A model generated the notes under the pieces. The model was not told the origin of the DNA. It was given only the letters and a program-made list of their open reading frames with translations, and did no database searches. The position numbers and the translations under genes were made by a program. DNA of 64,000 nt from Phoronis australis (taxonomy: Eukaryota > Animalia > Phoronida), in assembly GCA_002633005.1 (NCBI GenBank), contig NMRA01000028.1:1334753-1398752 (forward strand). Reading direction: 5' to 3'. Below are positions 41,501 through 56,500 of this stretch, one piece after another (within the stretch, counting starts at the first letter, position 1; each line of letters begins with the position of its first letter).

Positions 41501-44500
41501 CAGACAAATGATATTTTACTTTTTACATTTTTTCATAAAATGTAGGAACAATCAAATATCAAATGTTTTATAATATTTAAGTTCTATACCATATGTACCA
41601 TCAGTCAGTGTTTTCAGAAGTTGTGGATAACAGATGGATGTCATGCGCCCGCATTTTGAAAACCAGTTTTCTCCACTGAATAACGGGCATCACACTGATT
41701 CTCAAAATACCTGCAGGTCAAATCCGACTATTGCTAAATAGTGGGCCTTCAAAAACTGAAAATTTTCAAAACAAATTTTCAAACATCCAGGAGAAATAAC
41801 TCGGACCTAATGGCGCATTCTGTCTTTTATATATTTACATGTACTTTAACACAAGACTATGGCATGGACAGTCTTCATTGTCAAACAGGTCTGAGTCTTG
41901 TGAATCACAGCCAAGGAATTCCTGCCATACAGTCACAGCACATATGTAAGTGTGTCAAGCAGAGAAGGAATGTCAACAATCATGAACTATACCCATGTAA
42001 TGGTCTGATGATATGGTATGAAAGAGTACTCTCAGCTGCCCTGGCCCTAGCATAGAGTATTTGCCAAAAAAACAAAAGCTTGGTAAAATGTTTATGAACA
42101 AGGCATAGCAAAGTGCTTCAGAGGTCTAAAAGAGTGGGTGAAATGTCCACACGGAAATGAACTGGATGTACAAGACTAGATAACTTCATAATAACGAGAT
42201 ATCAATGACAATTTGTTCCTTTACTAACATATACAGAACTCGTCTCAATCTCATGTCAATATTTAAATATTTGAACCACACCCAACTTGGGAGCCGATAC
42301 ACCACGATCACCAGTGCTCAACATGTGGCCACCAGGATCGCTACTCACATACCCAGTGCAATCTGGTCAGCAAAATGGAAAAGCCAACAATTCTTTGATG
42401 AATGAAAGAATGTTCCGGAAGAAATCTTATGATTGCGAATTATTTGTTGAATTAGAAGGATTTAAAGACTTGGTCAGTCTCCAGTGCAAAGGTGCCTATC
42501 TATGCTTTAAAGATACTTATAGCAGCATGACTTTAAATGGTTTAGAGAGAGCGAAGCATAATTTGGCGAAAAGCTTCCAGCATACAGGAGGCCTATGACA
42601 GCAGCTCCACTGTTCCAGTTCAAACAGCAAGTACTATCTACAAGAATACCAGAGTAAAAGAAACAGACTACAGATTTCTCAAACTGTTGGTTACCAGTAC
42701 AATGTTTCATGAAAGTGTCCCCCAAATATCCAATGTTTCAATAGCAACCAATCAGTTGGTATTGAGAGGCTGACTACAAGAGTAAAACAATCCTACCATC
42801 AAACTATGTACTATCATTCACAGGATTGACAGATTTCAGAACACAGGAGGGTACCACACATTCATTCAGCTATCATATTTCAGTGACCAGAAAGATAACC
42901 AAGTCAAAGGTCCACCCTCAGCAACCCCATTGAACCATACACTCACACTCTTACCTGTTTAAATATTTCTTCAAATTGCCTCAGTTCAAGGCTCTGGTGA
43001 AGTTTCTGTTCATATTTTGCCCAGATTTCACTGAATCCCCGCTCTGTTTCACCCAGCTGTTCCAGTAGCCTAGAATGACAGATTCAGAGATAAAGACCAG
43101 TCCACTGTGAGGGGGAGACAGTAGTGGAACAGGAGGCTTGACCGCAAGATAGGAAGATTAGGGTCTTACTTATGTGTAAATAAACAACTGTCCCAGTGAA
43201 TAACCAACAGTGGGAGAACACTTTATAAAACAGGAGCTCATGAGAACATTGCTAATTTCACAGTTCAGCAAATAGCAAATTATGGCCTTATAAATTCCAG
43301 TAGGAGTATTTTCATTACATCCCTGTGTAATACCACATGAGTGCCAAAATGATGACACTTTCACTGGATAAAATGCGAGTGAAAACTCTATGGTAAAATC
43401 TCACCACTTTCAGACAAGAACAATAACCAATATTGCCCAGTTCTCATGTTTCAATGTCTCCTTACATTGTTGTGAGTGACCAGAGGTTTCCAAAATTTTG
43501 TGTGATGGTAGACTCTATCATACCATTACTTTGGTGCTAAATATTTTATAGGAAGAAAAAAATGAGAAAATAAAAATTCAGTTGTTAGCCATAGTATGTC
43601 ACCAGAATGACAAGCTGTCCGCGAAGGAGTCATTTTAGCCTCCAGTTAGTTGGTTTCCTCACCTCCTAAATTGCCTTTTTAAGCTAAAGCTGTTGTCAAT
43701 ACACATTCACTCATTAAAAGCCTCATAGCACTGCCCCTGAAGTAAGGGATACAATAGTGCTAGGGAACAGGTCAGTAGATTTGGGATAACTCAAACCACC
43801 AGTAAATGGAACACCTGTTATCGTTCTCATTGCGGGTGTTTTTCTACTAGTGAAAGGGCTAGTGAAAACTGCGAGCACTTTACCACCCAGTTTGTTACAA
43901 ACAGTTATGTACCTAAATTACATAATAGCTAGTATTATGTCAGCATTTTTGCCACTGTTTTAACTTGTTATATCCTGCATGCTGGTGTAAAATGAATATT
44001 TTGCTCACTCATCTATGAAATTCACAGTATATAAATTATCTACATGTGCACACCAATTCACTAACACAACAGCAAAAAATTCCAAGATTTTGTGGCCTTT
44101 CCATACCATGCAATAATTATTCCTGCACGGTTTATAAATCAAAACTACTACCATAATGCATCACTTGAGAGGTATTAGAGCAGCCATATTGCATGGATAT
44201 CACATCTCGTGATAGCTCTGCCAATCATCTTCTAAAGTGATGGCAAAAGCGATTCTTGTGCAAAACATCATCATTTTTAGGATGAAACTGACTGAGAAAC
44301 TAACTGATGCAGTAAATTGATCACGTTTGTGTTGATCATCAGGATTCATCAACAAATGATCAAAATTTTAAAATCAAACATGGATGATGCTGACACTAAA
44401 AAAGTTCATAAGATCTGTAGATACATTAACTACTAAAGTTCAGTGAACTTGAACCATGAATTTCAACCTTATAGTTCAACCTAGAGAGCTGGAAACAAAA

Positions 44501-47500
44501 CTGAGTACACTTGGAATATTTAATTCAAACTTCATATGGAGGTAACAGTGGAGCAATAGCCATTTTAGGACGCCCCACTCACACCTTGTCCAGTCTCACT
44601 TGTATGACTTCATCCCCAGTTTGTAAAGCTCAGGTGTTCTTAGCCAAAACTGAATGAAGACAAAATGAACAACTTCAATGAAATATGAACTGCCTTGAAC
44701 AGCCAGTCACACACAGATAAGTCATCAAAACAGTATCAGACAACATACCTAGTTACAGCTAATGATCTAACAATCTGTGCCACACTGACAATAAAACATC
44801 AACATTTGAATCTAGGATCAATATGTTTATTACTCCCAGATTTGAACCTACCATTTCTTATCACCATACAATAACCGTTTAATGAACCTCCATGTTCATA
44901 TTTACCTGCTGGTTTGACCTATTTAATAACTGACCTAGTTAAGGACAATAACATCCACAACCACCACTGCAGGAGTGGCCACTCAACACTGGACTCCAGA
45001 CAAACCCCAAATAGGATCCACTAACTTTCCAATTTGTTCCAGTTTGTAGCTAACATGACACTGAGTGCCAGTTAATATAATGATGTCAAAATTACAGCAA
45101 AAAAGAACAACGTCCTTGATGTTAAAACAGAACAGAAAACATATCTTCCCCTGAAGTATTTTGGAGAAGTTTACAGGCAAATTATTCAAAAAGTCAAAAA
45201 TTTATATGAATCAACAATAACTGCCAACATTCCCATAATTCCAGATTCTGTAAATTTAATTACTTTCAAAGCCTGAAGTCATGTCCACATTTTTAATGCT
45301 AGTTAACTGTAAAGGGAGATCAAAGTCAATTAACTATTGACTATACCAGATCCTCACTGGACAACAAGAGAAGCAATGGAATTAGAATGCTACATGACTT
45401 TCTAAGTGAGGGAAATACCTCTTAAATTCTCATCTTCCCTGTGATGATCTCCAGATTATTTGTAGAATTAATGAAATGTAAATAGCCAGTTGAGACTTAC
45501 TACCCTGGTCACACGAAATGGACTCACCTAACTAAACAGATCAAGAAGCGCAGCAGTGTCCTGACATTCTTGGCATACCAAATAGGGGGCAGCACTTGTT
45601 TTAGTCCATGCATTGCATTTGAAGTTTTGAGGCAAAAACATGCAGTTAAAGTTCTCCATAAAGCCCTGCTAATAAGTGCAGCCAAAATGGCATTGACAGT
45701 GAAGGGGTTCTCCTATGGATCTATGGCATGATATATTACATAACAACATCCTCTAATTGGAAAAGAAAATGTTAGGATACAATGAACAATTTAAGTTTGG
45801 GAGAACATAAACCAGAAAGGGCTAACATAGAATCCAAAGCTGTGTTCAGACCAACTAAACCTGGTTGTAACTCTTTCTGTAGTTGTAACTGTTAATGTAA
45901 TTGTTACTGTTCACGTCAACAGTTATAACTGATGGAACTGTAGTTAGTGGTTTTTGTCACTAGTTGTATTATCGCTTTCTTATTCACTTCAGTTAGTGCC
46001 TCAGTGCACCACTGTTTCTATCGAGATTTGATTGACAGCAGCACCACCTACTGAGATAAATTTTACAACTTTACAACTGACACATAGTTACAACAGCTGT
46101 AACATCTCCCTAAACCACGTTTCAAGAGAGTTATAACTGTATTACAGTTACAACATTTAAACTGTAAGTCAGATAAGTTATGAACCATTTTGGTAAGAAC
46201 AGGGTAAAGTTACCACAGTACGGCCACACATTTATGATAATTAAGGAAGGATGTAAGGTTATCAGCTGCATGCTTATTTTCCTCACCAAATAGTGTATCT
46301 GCAAAACTGTAGAATTTAACTCATCAAAAGTATGTATTTTCCCGCGAAAGTAGAAATTCAGTAGATTTTGATATTTGACTTTATATCAATCTGCCTGCCA
46401 TTATTAGGTCATGTGACCATGTCTTCTTGGGTAAAATTTAAGAAAATAGAAAGGTACATTCATAGCAAAACAATAGAAATCAATAACATGAGCAAATATT
46501 GTAGGATAATGTTCAAGATAGAATCTTAAAAAAAGGTGTTACACTTTTTTAAATTATTGTTATAATTTTGTTTTACGCAGCTTCAAAATTTCCAATAAAA
46601 ACTATTTGAGCCCTATTTTTGATAGCTTCTCATACAAAAGTGGAACATTTAAAAACAATTCCTACCACCTTTGCCGAGAACAGTGTAGAAAGCATAGTAC
46701 CTGAGAGTTTTATATCAATATAACCAGACATTTCTGAGATGTGATGGTCCCAAGCTGGCCTCAATTGGACTTTTTCCTACGGTCCTACATAACCTTAAAC
46801 AACTAAGACAGTTTGTAAAGATGACACTGTAGGGGACTACAGCTTTGCATCAATATAAACTCACTTAAATGAATACAGGAATGATTCAAAATAAATTCAA
46901 ACCAGAAGTCAGAGGAAAAATCAATAACATACCTGTCTATGGCAGTGATGTGGGTATCGGCGCTTATGCATGGTGCTGGATCCAGCCTCCTCTGGGGGCC
47001 CATGCAGGTTTTCAATGTGACCCCGTGTTCACGGCAGCTCTTCAAGTCTTCCATGATGACAACTTTCTCGGAGGCGTGATCTTGTATCTGAAACTCCGTT
47101 GACTCAACATCGTTGGGCATTTCTATCTCGTTGTGCTTCTGCAGAAGTTCAACACGTGACGTTGATAAGGAGCAGACGTTGGCTGCAAACTTTTCAACAG
47201 CCTGTAATAATAAATAATAATAGTTATACTCATATAGTCATTTATAAGGTACCAGATTTTGAGACTCAACCTGTCATTCAGAGGAGAAAACTGATTTTCA
47301 AAATACAGGACCCCTGTAGGTGATAATTATTGAAGTACCAGTAACAAAATAAGCGAAGAATTATTTGTACCAATGAAACGCGATCTTCATTCATTAAGTT
47401 AGGGCAACCCCATTTGCTTACCAGTGTCATCCTAAATGCTCTCAACTTGAACATTGATTATCTAGGCACTAATTTACTAATTACTCAGTAAGTGAATGAG

Positions 47501-50500
47501 AAAAAATATTAGCCTTCCTAGTATGAAGATTTGTCATCTACAGTTTACACCAAACGAAGCATGATCTCAGTGGGGTGCATGGTATATGCAAAACTAAAAT
47601 CCTTGTAACTTTGATAAAATATCACTTGGTTGTTAATGGCTCTGGTTTAAGGCTAAATCAATATAAGGAAACAAATAACAAGGGCTTTGCTTTTAGTGCA
47701 CGATTTCATAATTACAACACTATATATAGTCCAGATGTTTTGTTTCTTAACTCAAAACAGTCAGTGGGAAACCACAAAAGGTGAACACTGAAGAACCTTA
47801 AAACACTGAAATGACAGACACAAAATGAAATGGGGACTGCAAAACAAAAATGTCTGGACGTCTGTATACATAGTTTTCTATATAGGACATATTTCATTCA
47901 CTAATGCACGTGTTATTTGTTTTCTTGACTCCATTGTTGTGGCGTTTTCAGAACCAGCTTTTCTAGTAATAATCAACATATCTGTTGCATGATCTCGGCA
48001 TCTAGTCAATGGCAGTAAAGAGTGATATCTGGCGACTGGGTGTAAAAACTATAGGTCACCATTTGTAACATAATAAAAAACAATAATCCAGAGTATGCCA
48101 TAACCTGATTTCGCCATCTATTGACTGGTTTTCACACCACCTGTCTATTGAACTCTGGAAAACAGTTCAGCCTGATGAGTTAACAGCATCTGTCATGTGA
48201 TAAGCAGGGTTTATAGCCCACAGACACAAAGGACCTAGTTACTGTGAATCAAGCTTATCTATCAGGCCAATCTCCGTACAATAAAAATAGCATGATAAAA
48301 AGTCACTTGAAACATGTGTCCTCAGGCAAATTATGTTGACCACCTTATCAGAACGTTGTACATAGATGAAGGGCCCAGATACGTTTGATACAGTTTCCGT
48401 TCAAAGAGTAGAAGAAGTAAGTTACTCAGTCGGCACCTGGTCAACATAAATAAACATAATGAACCGTAAAAATAACAGAATGAATGTTCCCCTCCAATCA
48501 CTTACTTTTACGTCCACAGCTAAAAAATTAATTTGTAACTAGACAAACTGATAAAGTTTCATTGTGATAACGAAACCTTTTTGCAAACCAAACCAAGAAA
48601 AGTGGACACCAGAAGAATAGATATGATCTCACTTACTACCAGCCCATCTACAAGAAAAGTGATGATGGCATTGCCAACGATACAATAAAATGCGTGATTT
48701 CAACTGAAAACTAATTTGTTGATGACGCAATGAATGCGTGGGTGCTTAGTCTGAGCCACGTGCGCTCTAGAGACACTTAGTTCATGTTGGACAACATATA
48801 ATTACGGAGAGTTCAGAAAATCCCGGATTTCAAATTTCACTCTCGTGAAACTCCGCGGTTATAAGGGAAGGGTAAATAAAAAATATTACAAGAACGCTCA
48901 AACGATCAATAAAGGAGTCCATCTACAGACACTTACCAGGTTCCCTGTTACATAAAATAACTCGGAAATTAACAGTACAGAATTTCCTGGTGGATTTATA
49001 TTAATTCATTTTGCTGATGACAAGATGTCATTAAACAGATGATTGACAGTGTCCATCATTCTTTCATCAGCTGGTGTATAGAATGCTCTTCCAGTCAATG
49101 CTCCTAAGCGACTAATTGTACCAAGGCGAACTGTTTTTCTAAATCAGCATAAATGAATACCAATTGCAATTGCCACAAAACAAAGACTTGCATTTTTATG
49201 TATATGTCTAGTACACTGAAATGCTTTTATTGCAGTGTATATACTCCACCCTTCCGTGTTCATCTAATGCACCTTTCTGCTAACAACTGGTTAATTCCAT
49301 ATTATGTGTCATTGTATTGTATTGAATTGTATTGCATTATATTGTATTGTGGATTATTAGGTCTGCTTGAAATATAAAAGTATTTGAGTAGATGAGACAC
49401 ATGCAAATTTATAGTTCTCAGTTACAATAAAACAACATGTCGCTAAACATAACATAAATGAAAAATTTGTGGAGAAAATGTCCAAGTGAGATCACGAGAA
49501 CAAGCTGAAACATTATATTTACTAAATGCTCAACTTGGCCATTAACTGCAAACCCACTGAAAAATTCTCACCAATTTCAGACTATCTCTTTTGATTTCTG
49601 ATATTGTTGATAACCAAATTTCTCAAAATATTGTCCAATGGGAACTGAAGTGTAGAATTTAAAAATGACAAAAGTATTTCAGATAGGTGCTACTCAATAT
49701 GGAAAAAAGGAAAATAAAAGTTTACTTGTCTGCCATATTGTGCTCTCAGTCCAGTGATATTCTACCATTAACTCAGTACTCAATACTTACAGTGCTCTCA
49801 GTCCAGTGATATTCTACCATTAACTCAGTACTCAATACTTACAGCTCGGTGTTGTATCCACTCTCGATGGTCAAATACAATGGATCCATTAAAGTCTGAC
49901 GTCAGTTGATCAGCAGCAATTCTCTCATGAAGCTCACTAAGGGAATTTAGAAGCACCACCTAGAGAGCGAAATTCAAACAACTTCGTAATTGTAATTAAA
50001 CCAAATACTGAATAGAAATGTAATTTATTTGACTAGGAAACTGTTGACCCTAACTTGGCCTTGTTATTATTGCAAGTGATTTAGTAGAAATACAAAACTG
50101 TTTCAGATGACATCTAAGGGTGTAGTGCAGGAAGGACCCACGGGAACCCACCACCTCACTTCCTTGCACTGCCAAGGAACAGCTCCTCTGTAAACTATTT
50201 GCTATTGATACTCTAAACTTGAGACAATTCAACGTTATGTGTGTTGCTACAGTACTACGTGTTAGTATTTAAGTCTACAGTTCTTCTTTCTACTCTTTTA
50301 TACTGCCAAGACTCGAGTGTGCGTAGTATTGAGTATGACAAAATTAGGCTTAAAAACAACATTGCTGCATACAGGATGACCTAAGTCTCTAATAGACTTG
50401 ATATAGGTTGGTGCTTCAACCAGTGCTTCATGTTGAAAGTATACACGAACAATTTGAACTCATCTAATTTTTGACAACCATCTTGCATACCTCATTGTGT

Positions 50501-53500
50501 ATTGCCTTGTAGATACAACGTAAGCTGGCATATTGAAAATGAAACACTACATAACTCTACACAAGCCAGGTGTGAAAATCCGTTATGTTCAACACAGTGT
50601 ACCTTCCATGTTATTTTTCTAGGACTGCATCAATGGTGACAGTATAGGACATCTAAAGATGCTATTTTATTTTTTATGATAAACATTAAGCCTAAACCCA
50701 AATTTCCCTTTGAGCTAACAAAATTGCAATCAACATGTGTCAGGTGACATAACTGGGTTAACTGCAATCTATGACATGACTCATATCCATCATACCACAC
50801 CTACGGATTGATTGGGGATTACCAATAATTATATTTATGTCATACAATCAATGACAGTAGTGTTACTGAAGATTGCCAGTAAAGAAAAAGAAGAAAAGAA
50901 TGAGTCATGTCATCAATGATACAACTCTGAGGTCAATATAACTAAGTGCTCGCCACAGTAGAAAATGTAAAATTGGCTGGAATTACAAAAATATATGTGA
51001 TAGGCGTTTAAAAGTTATTGGGGAGTTTGTGTGTTAAAAGTTGAAATAAATGCATGGAACTGGTGCCAAAAGTCCAAAATGTCCTAATTTCTTGTAGGCA
51101 TGACTAATCTCCCAATACTTCAAACTTGTTCAACCTTTTCAAACTTGATGAAAGTAAGCCAGACTTGTCACAGCAACATTCAATCTCTACAAAGTGACAA
51201 GTCACAAACAGGACTGCAGAGAACATTAACCACTACATGTACATACAGTAAATCCCATTTTACAAAAAAATTATTGCCGTAGTTGTCATTTTTCGTGTTT
51301 TATAGCCTGGCAACCTTTCAACGAATAACAAAACATTAAATAAAAAGCGTGCTACTTCAAACAGTTGTACATGCAGTACTCATCGCAGTTGGCAAATACA
51401 ATTCAGCTTGGTCAGTGCTCACCACACATAGCGTGATAAACTATAAAAAAACTATATTAACCCACAAGCATAAGATGACAACGGAACAAAATAATGGCAG
51501 ACGTGAAATTGGCATTTGTTCAACAAATCAAGAAAGTCGACACATTAACGACAGTCAGCAGGCTACATACAAACAAAATGGCTGGAAAATTAAAGAAGTG
51601 AACAGTGTTTTACATCTTCTACAGCAAACAGTGCTGTAACTGAGCACTGTGAACATAGGAAGTTTAATTACCTGAAACTTGTACTCATCCTTGACAATTT
51701 TAATGCCCATGTCTGATGCTAGGTTGGAGAAAAATCCATTTGGTCTGAGAACAAGCACTTCGCTGATGTCTGACGGAAAGAAAGCCTGGAAAAGAGCCGG
51801 AAAATGAAAGTTTGAGGATCAACTACTGTGAAGAAATGTTATACATGTCAAAAGACAATTTATTCACATTGCATACAATAAACCAGGATAACAGCACTCC
51901 AGTATAGCTGTGCCTTGACATGAGCATGTACACACCCAGTCAAAGATGACGTACAGTAGAGTCAGAAATTATGACTTGTTAACTTAAGATAAACCAGAAA
52001 TAAATTTGCTGACCTCTTTTCCCACAGCACAATAAACCACATCAGGAGTCACAGGTGTAGGGTGCAGCAAAAATACCTTAATTTTAGACAGTGATTGCTT
52101 GCTCAACCACAAATACACAAACACGTTCAACTTTTTAAAATTAGTAACACAACAATACAAATCTAGGTAGAGTTGAAATTTATGAATTGGTTTTCAGATA
52201 AGCAAAAAATACGTGTTCCAAACAAGAAAAAGGGAATAAAAAAGTTCATAATACTTTATCAGATTTTTTACACTAGACATTTAAAATTCAAGTTCACCCA
52301 CCGCTACTTTCAACAGTAGTGCCTTCAACGATGCCCATTTGTTGTTCCGTCTATCAATTAACAGTACAAAGCCTAATTTGGCATCCTCAGAGCTGGAATG
52401 ACGACATGTTTATTAATAATGGACAATAAACAGCAATAGTGCAATGCCAGTCAGTACATAGACTTCAATTTCATAAATTGATTCCAAACAAATTTCCATG
52501 TCAATTACTTTATGAAAAACATGTTGCACAACCTTAGTCTTGTCATAATACGACAGGCTAAAATAATTGTAGAGTGTACCTACAATAATGAAATAGCGCA
52601 TACATCTCAAAACTATTCAATGCTTGCATAAAACTACACAACTGATATTGATTTAGCATCATCGTAAACCCTCACTAGTCTGGACAAAAATTATAAATTA
52701 TTGATCAAACATAGTCCTTTCTCGTGTTTCAAGGGATCCTCAGACATTTTCCAACACCCATGTTTTTTTAAAATATTGTAAAATTATAGCAGCTATGTAC
52801 ATAACTAGAAATTGGTAATTTACATTAAGAAGATGCTCCTTTAGTTTCATGAAAAAATAAAATGGAATACCACTAGTCTCCCACGGGTTCTAGATTTTAC
52901 AGCAAATTACTTCCGCATTCCTATGCCATGTATGGACTGCTAGTGAAAAAAGAACATTATAAGAGTTTACTAAAATGTTTTAGCAGGTAACTGTACTAAA
53001 AACAAAAAGTTCATCTCTTTAAGGGTGGCATTTTGAAGTTTATAAGCAGAATTATTTTGACATAGGAAACACATGTGTAGACTTAACTCAAACAAAGGTC
53101 ATGATGTCAATTTACAATTGGGAAGATGGGAAAATGAAAGTACAATGAATGTCAAGGCATTTTCAACCAATTACACAGAACTACACGCTAATCTACATAT
53201 GTGTCTGTAGGGAAAATTGCCTCAGAAATGTGCCAAATGGAAACAGAGTTTCTGAACATACACGTATGATTGGTCACAGGAGTAACTAACTAATTTCTAG
53301 ACTTCCAATTGCAATGTACCAGGATTGGAGATCTCTCAAATTCATCAATTGACAATGTCTGACAGATTAGATATATATATATGTATATGTTTATGTATAT
53401 ATATATAAAGTAGGGGAAATAATAAAATAATACCACAGAATAAAAGGGTTTTTGGTAGACTTTTCAATTAAAGTTAATTCCATGTGTGGCCACTTCCATA

Positions 53501-56500
53501 GGTGAAAACACTTGAAGTGTCAATAAAGTTGTCTTTCATCATGAAATTCACATCAAACTTTCAGGTACTATGCCTTACACTCTGCTCTCCAAATCACAGT
53601 TTGGAATTGGTTTTAAACTGTTCCACTTATGTGTGCGGGGCTATCGAAAATAGGACTTGAGACGATTTTCATGAAATGAAAATGAAATATTTTAGAAAGC
53701 TGTAACAGCACTCTGAACATTTATATCAAATAAAAAGTGAACATGTTATTGATACCATTATTTTGCTATCAATGTATCTTTTGCTTGTTGCTAAATTTTA
53801 CTAAAAAAGACACGGTCACGTAACCCAATTAATAAGAGATTGGAAAAATTGAAGCCAAAAACTAAATTTTGCCTTTCTTCTAGTTTCAGAAAATATGTAC
53901 TTTTTTGAGTTAAAGTCCATAATTTTGTAAATATTTGGTTAAATATGAAGACCTGCCAATAATACACAATCTCATGAAATACGTAGGTCTCAAATTGTTC
54001 CTTTAGTTACCATAGTCAAGTTGGAGGTGATTTCAGGGACAGAAATGACTGCGTTTGACATTGCTTGATACGAAGCTTAACACTTGGTGTGTAACAGCTT
54101 GTCATTTTATGACAAGCATTGTCTCAAGGAATAGCAAGTGTCACTTCTTTTCAAACCCAGAAATCACTAGTCTCATTTCAGTAAGGAACACAGCAGCAAG
54201 TGGTGGAAACCAAAGGCCCGTCTCTTGGATGGAGTGCAGGGTTATATTCACTTGAAGTGAGTTTGTTGGCAGCACAGCCACACGGACTTAGCTGGACGAA
54301 GCAAGGTGGGTCTGAACAGCGGCACTATATTAGCAAATGTTCACACTACGATGACTTGAGAACTGTGTAGCAACTGGCATTCTCCCACGAGACCTGGACG
54401 TTTTAATAAGCTAAGCTGTCTGGAAACTAGCTTGTGCATGTGTGGGGGGGGGATTCAGCACATAAACATGGATTTACACTAACTGTGTTTCGCTCATCAA
54501 AGACAGATAAAATTCCCATAAATAATAAAAACCTAAAGGTTTTCGTATCTGGCAATTCCAATGAATAACCCTCAAGAATATATGCTCTGTTAAAACAACT
54601 GAACAACAGTCGACAAACAAAGCTGTTGGATCAAACAATGTATTGTTTGCACACAAATGTTCATTAGATTTGAGAGCTAACACAATGTCCGAGGCCCACA
54701 AGCTACTTAATTTAACTCTAATACAGACACACATCACAAGACTACAATTTAGGGATGGTTTCACTCACCTATTTGTTCCACTGAGGGTTCAAACATAACA
54801 AGGAAATAACATGTTTTAACAAACAAAGATAAGAAGATAACTAAACATAAAAGTTTTCCCAAACAGTCTACTCTGACATAAACCAACAGCATTTTTATTT
54901 TTATTGCCTGATATTCAATTTCCTTTCCTTAATTTTGTCTAGTTGCCTAAGATTATTATAGGATTTTGTTTTCAAACAAAATTTGATAGCAAATCAATTT
55001 ACATATAGCTTAATCATAACACAATGGCCTATAATCTAACAATATCTTCACTATTAATGCTAAAACAAAATCAAAATTATCACTTTAAAAATAACGGTAT
55101 TAATATTTAAGGCGTGTCTAAACAACTCGACTTACATACCATGGGACACTAACGAGATAGGTCACTACATCCCTGTATTGCTGTTCTGTTATGTCCCCAA
55201 GTTTGGGGTTGTCTGGAAATGTTATAACTGGACAGCCGTTCAGTGACCTGCCGCCTGAAAGAGAACAAAAGGACAAAGTGATCAATATATGGTATATGTC
55301 CGTGTTAACGCCAGCCTGACTTGGCTAAATGCTCAAACACAAAATTATTCAGTTTCATTTATAAATGCCAATATTTGGTTATACGCTCCCTTCCAATTAC
55401 AATCTTTAGTTCCTATATGTGCAGATGTTCTTGTGAGTGTATCAGCTATCAAGTGCATGTAATTTGCTTGAATACCCGAAAACAAACAATACTTCACCAC
55501 CGTTTTATTGGACCCAAACACATGAAGTGTTTGATACAAATTCAGCCAATTCATATTTACTGTTCATTTAAAACGCACCCTCAAATAATAAAAAAATAAT
55601 GTTTTATGCAGTGCCAACAAAGACACTATTACTTTCAATTGCTTTGTGTTTTGAGTGAAATAGTTTGCTTCATTTGTTAAATTCGGAAAGTCAGCCTTCC
55701 TATTTGATGACTCAAAACTCTCACGTACCTTGTCCTCAACACCAGACTGTAAGTACGGTAAAGATTCTCCAATTTGGGGCAGCGAAAAATTAATTATTTT
55801 GCTCAAGGTCAGAGCATGTCCAAATTCAACAAATAGGCAATATTGGTCGTTCAAATTTCAAGAAGTCAGCGGAAAGACGGCAAAAGAACATTTGGTACAA
55901 AATTCTGGAATCAAATTTGTAGCATGTTTCATGCGGTTATATTTTGTATATCTTCTGCACAGTCTTAAACATGGCCAACTTTGTGTGAATTGGGAGTGAT
56001 TTGGTGATTGGTTTACAGCGATTACAAACCTAAACAATCTGTGAATCTTATACAGCACCCTTTGGAGCAAGCAAGTCTAACAGGCGCATTGATCGATTTG
56101 TGATTGTCTTAACCACTCGTGGGGAATCATTAAAGACATAAGATGATGTCACAAAACAACGATCTTTTTACTGATACTTAAAAACGACCAACTTACCCAA
56201 CTGTAGCTGTGCAAAAAATTTTATATCTCATGTAACACGTCCTAACAAAATTCCCGGTCCAGCATATTCAGAAAATGGCTGTTTGCACGACAAGGTTCCA
56301 GCATTAAGTAACGGCCTGTGCTTAATGTGCATTTCGTTTTTGATTGCAAAGGACAACAAGTGTGAAAATCGCGATTAAAATATTCCCACTAATAACCTAG
56401 TGATGGTCATGGCTTGTCTTTAAGCAATATAGTTTTGAGTCGGTCAGGTAAACAAGCAATCATTCACCTCGATGCTAACACACTACGGGATGCATGGACA

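Noticed and set aside
55131-55139. Alternative GTAAGT donor 4 nt downstream of the 55140 exon end
   Set aside because: It would break the frame with the phase-2 exon 52302..52392; the GTATGT donor keeps it.
55564-56070. Adjacent ORFs of 96, 89 and 70 aa as a second nested gene or transposase
   Set aside because: No recognisable motif or consistent splice structure; cannot be supported without a database search.
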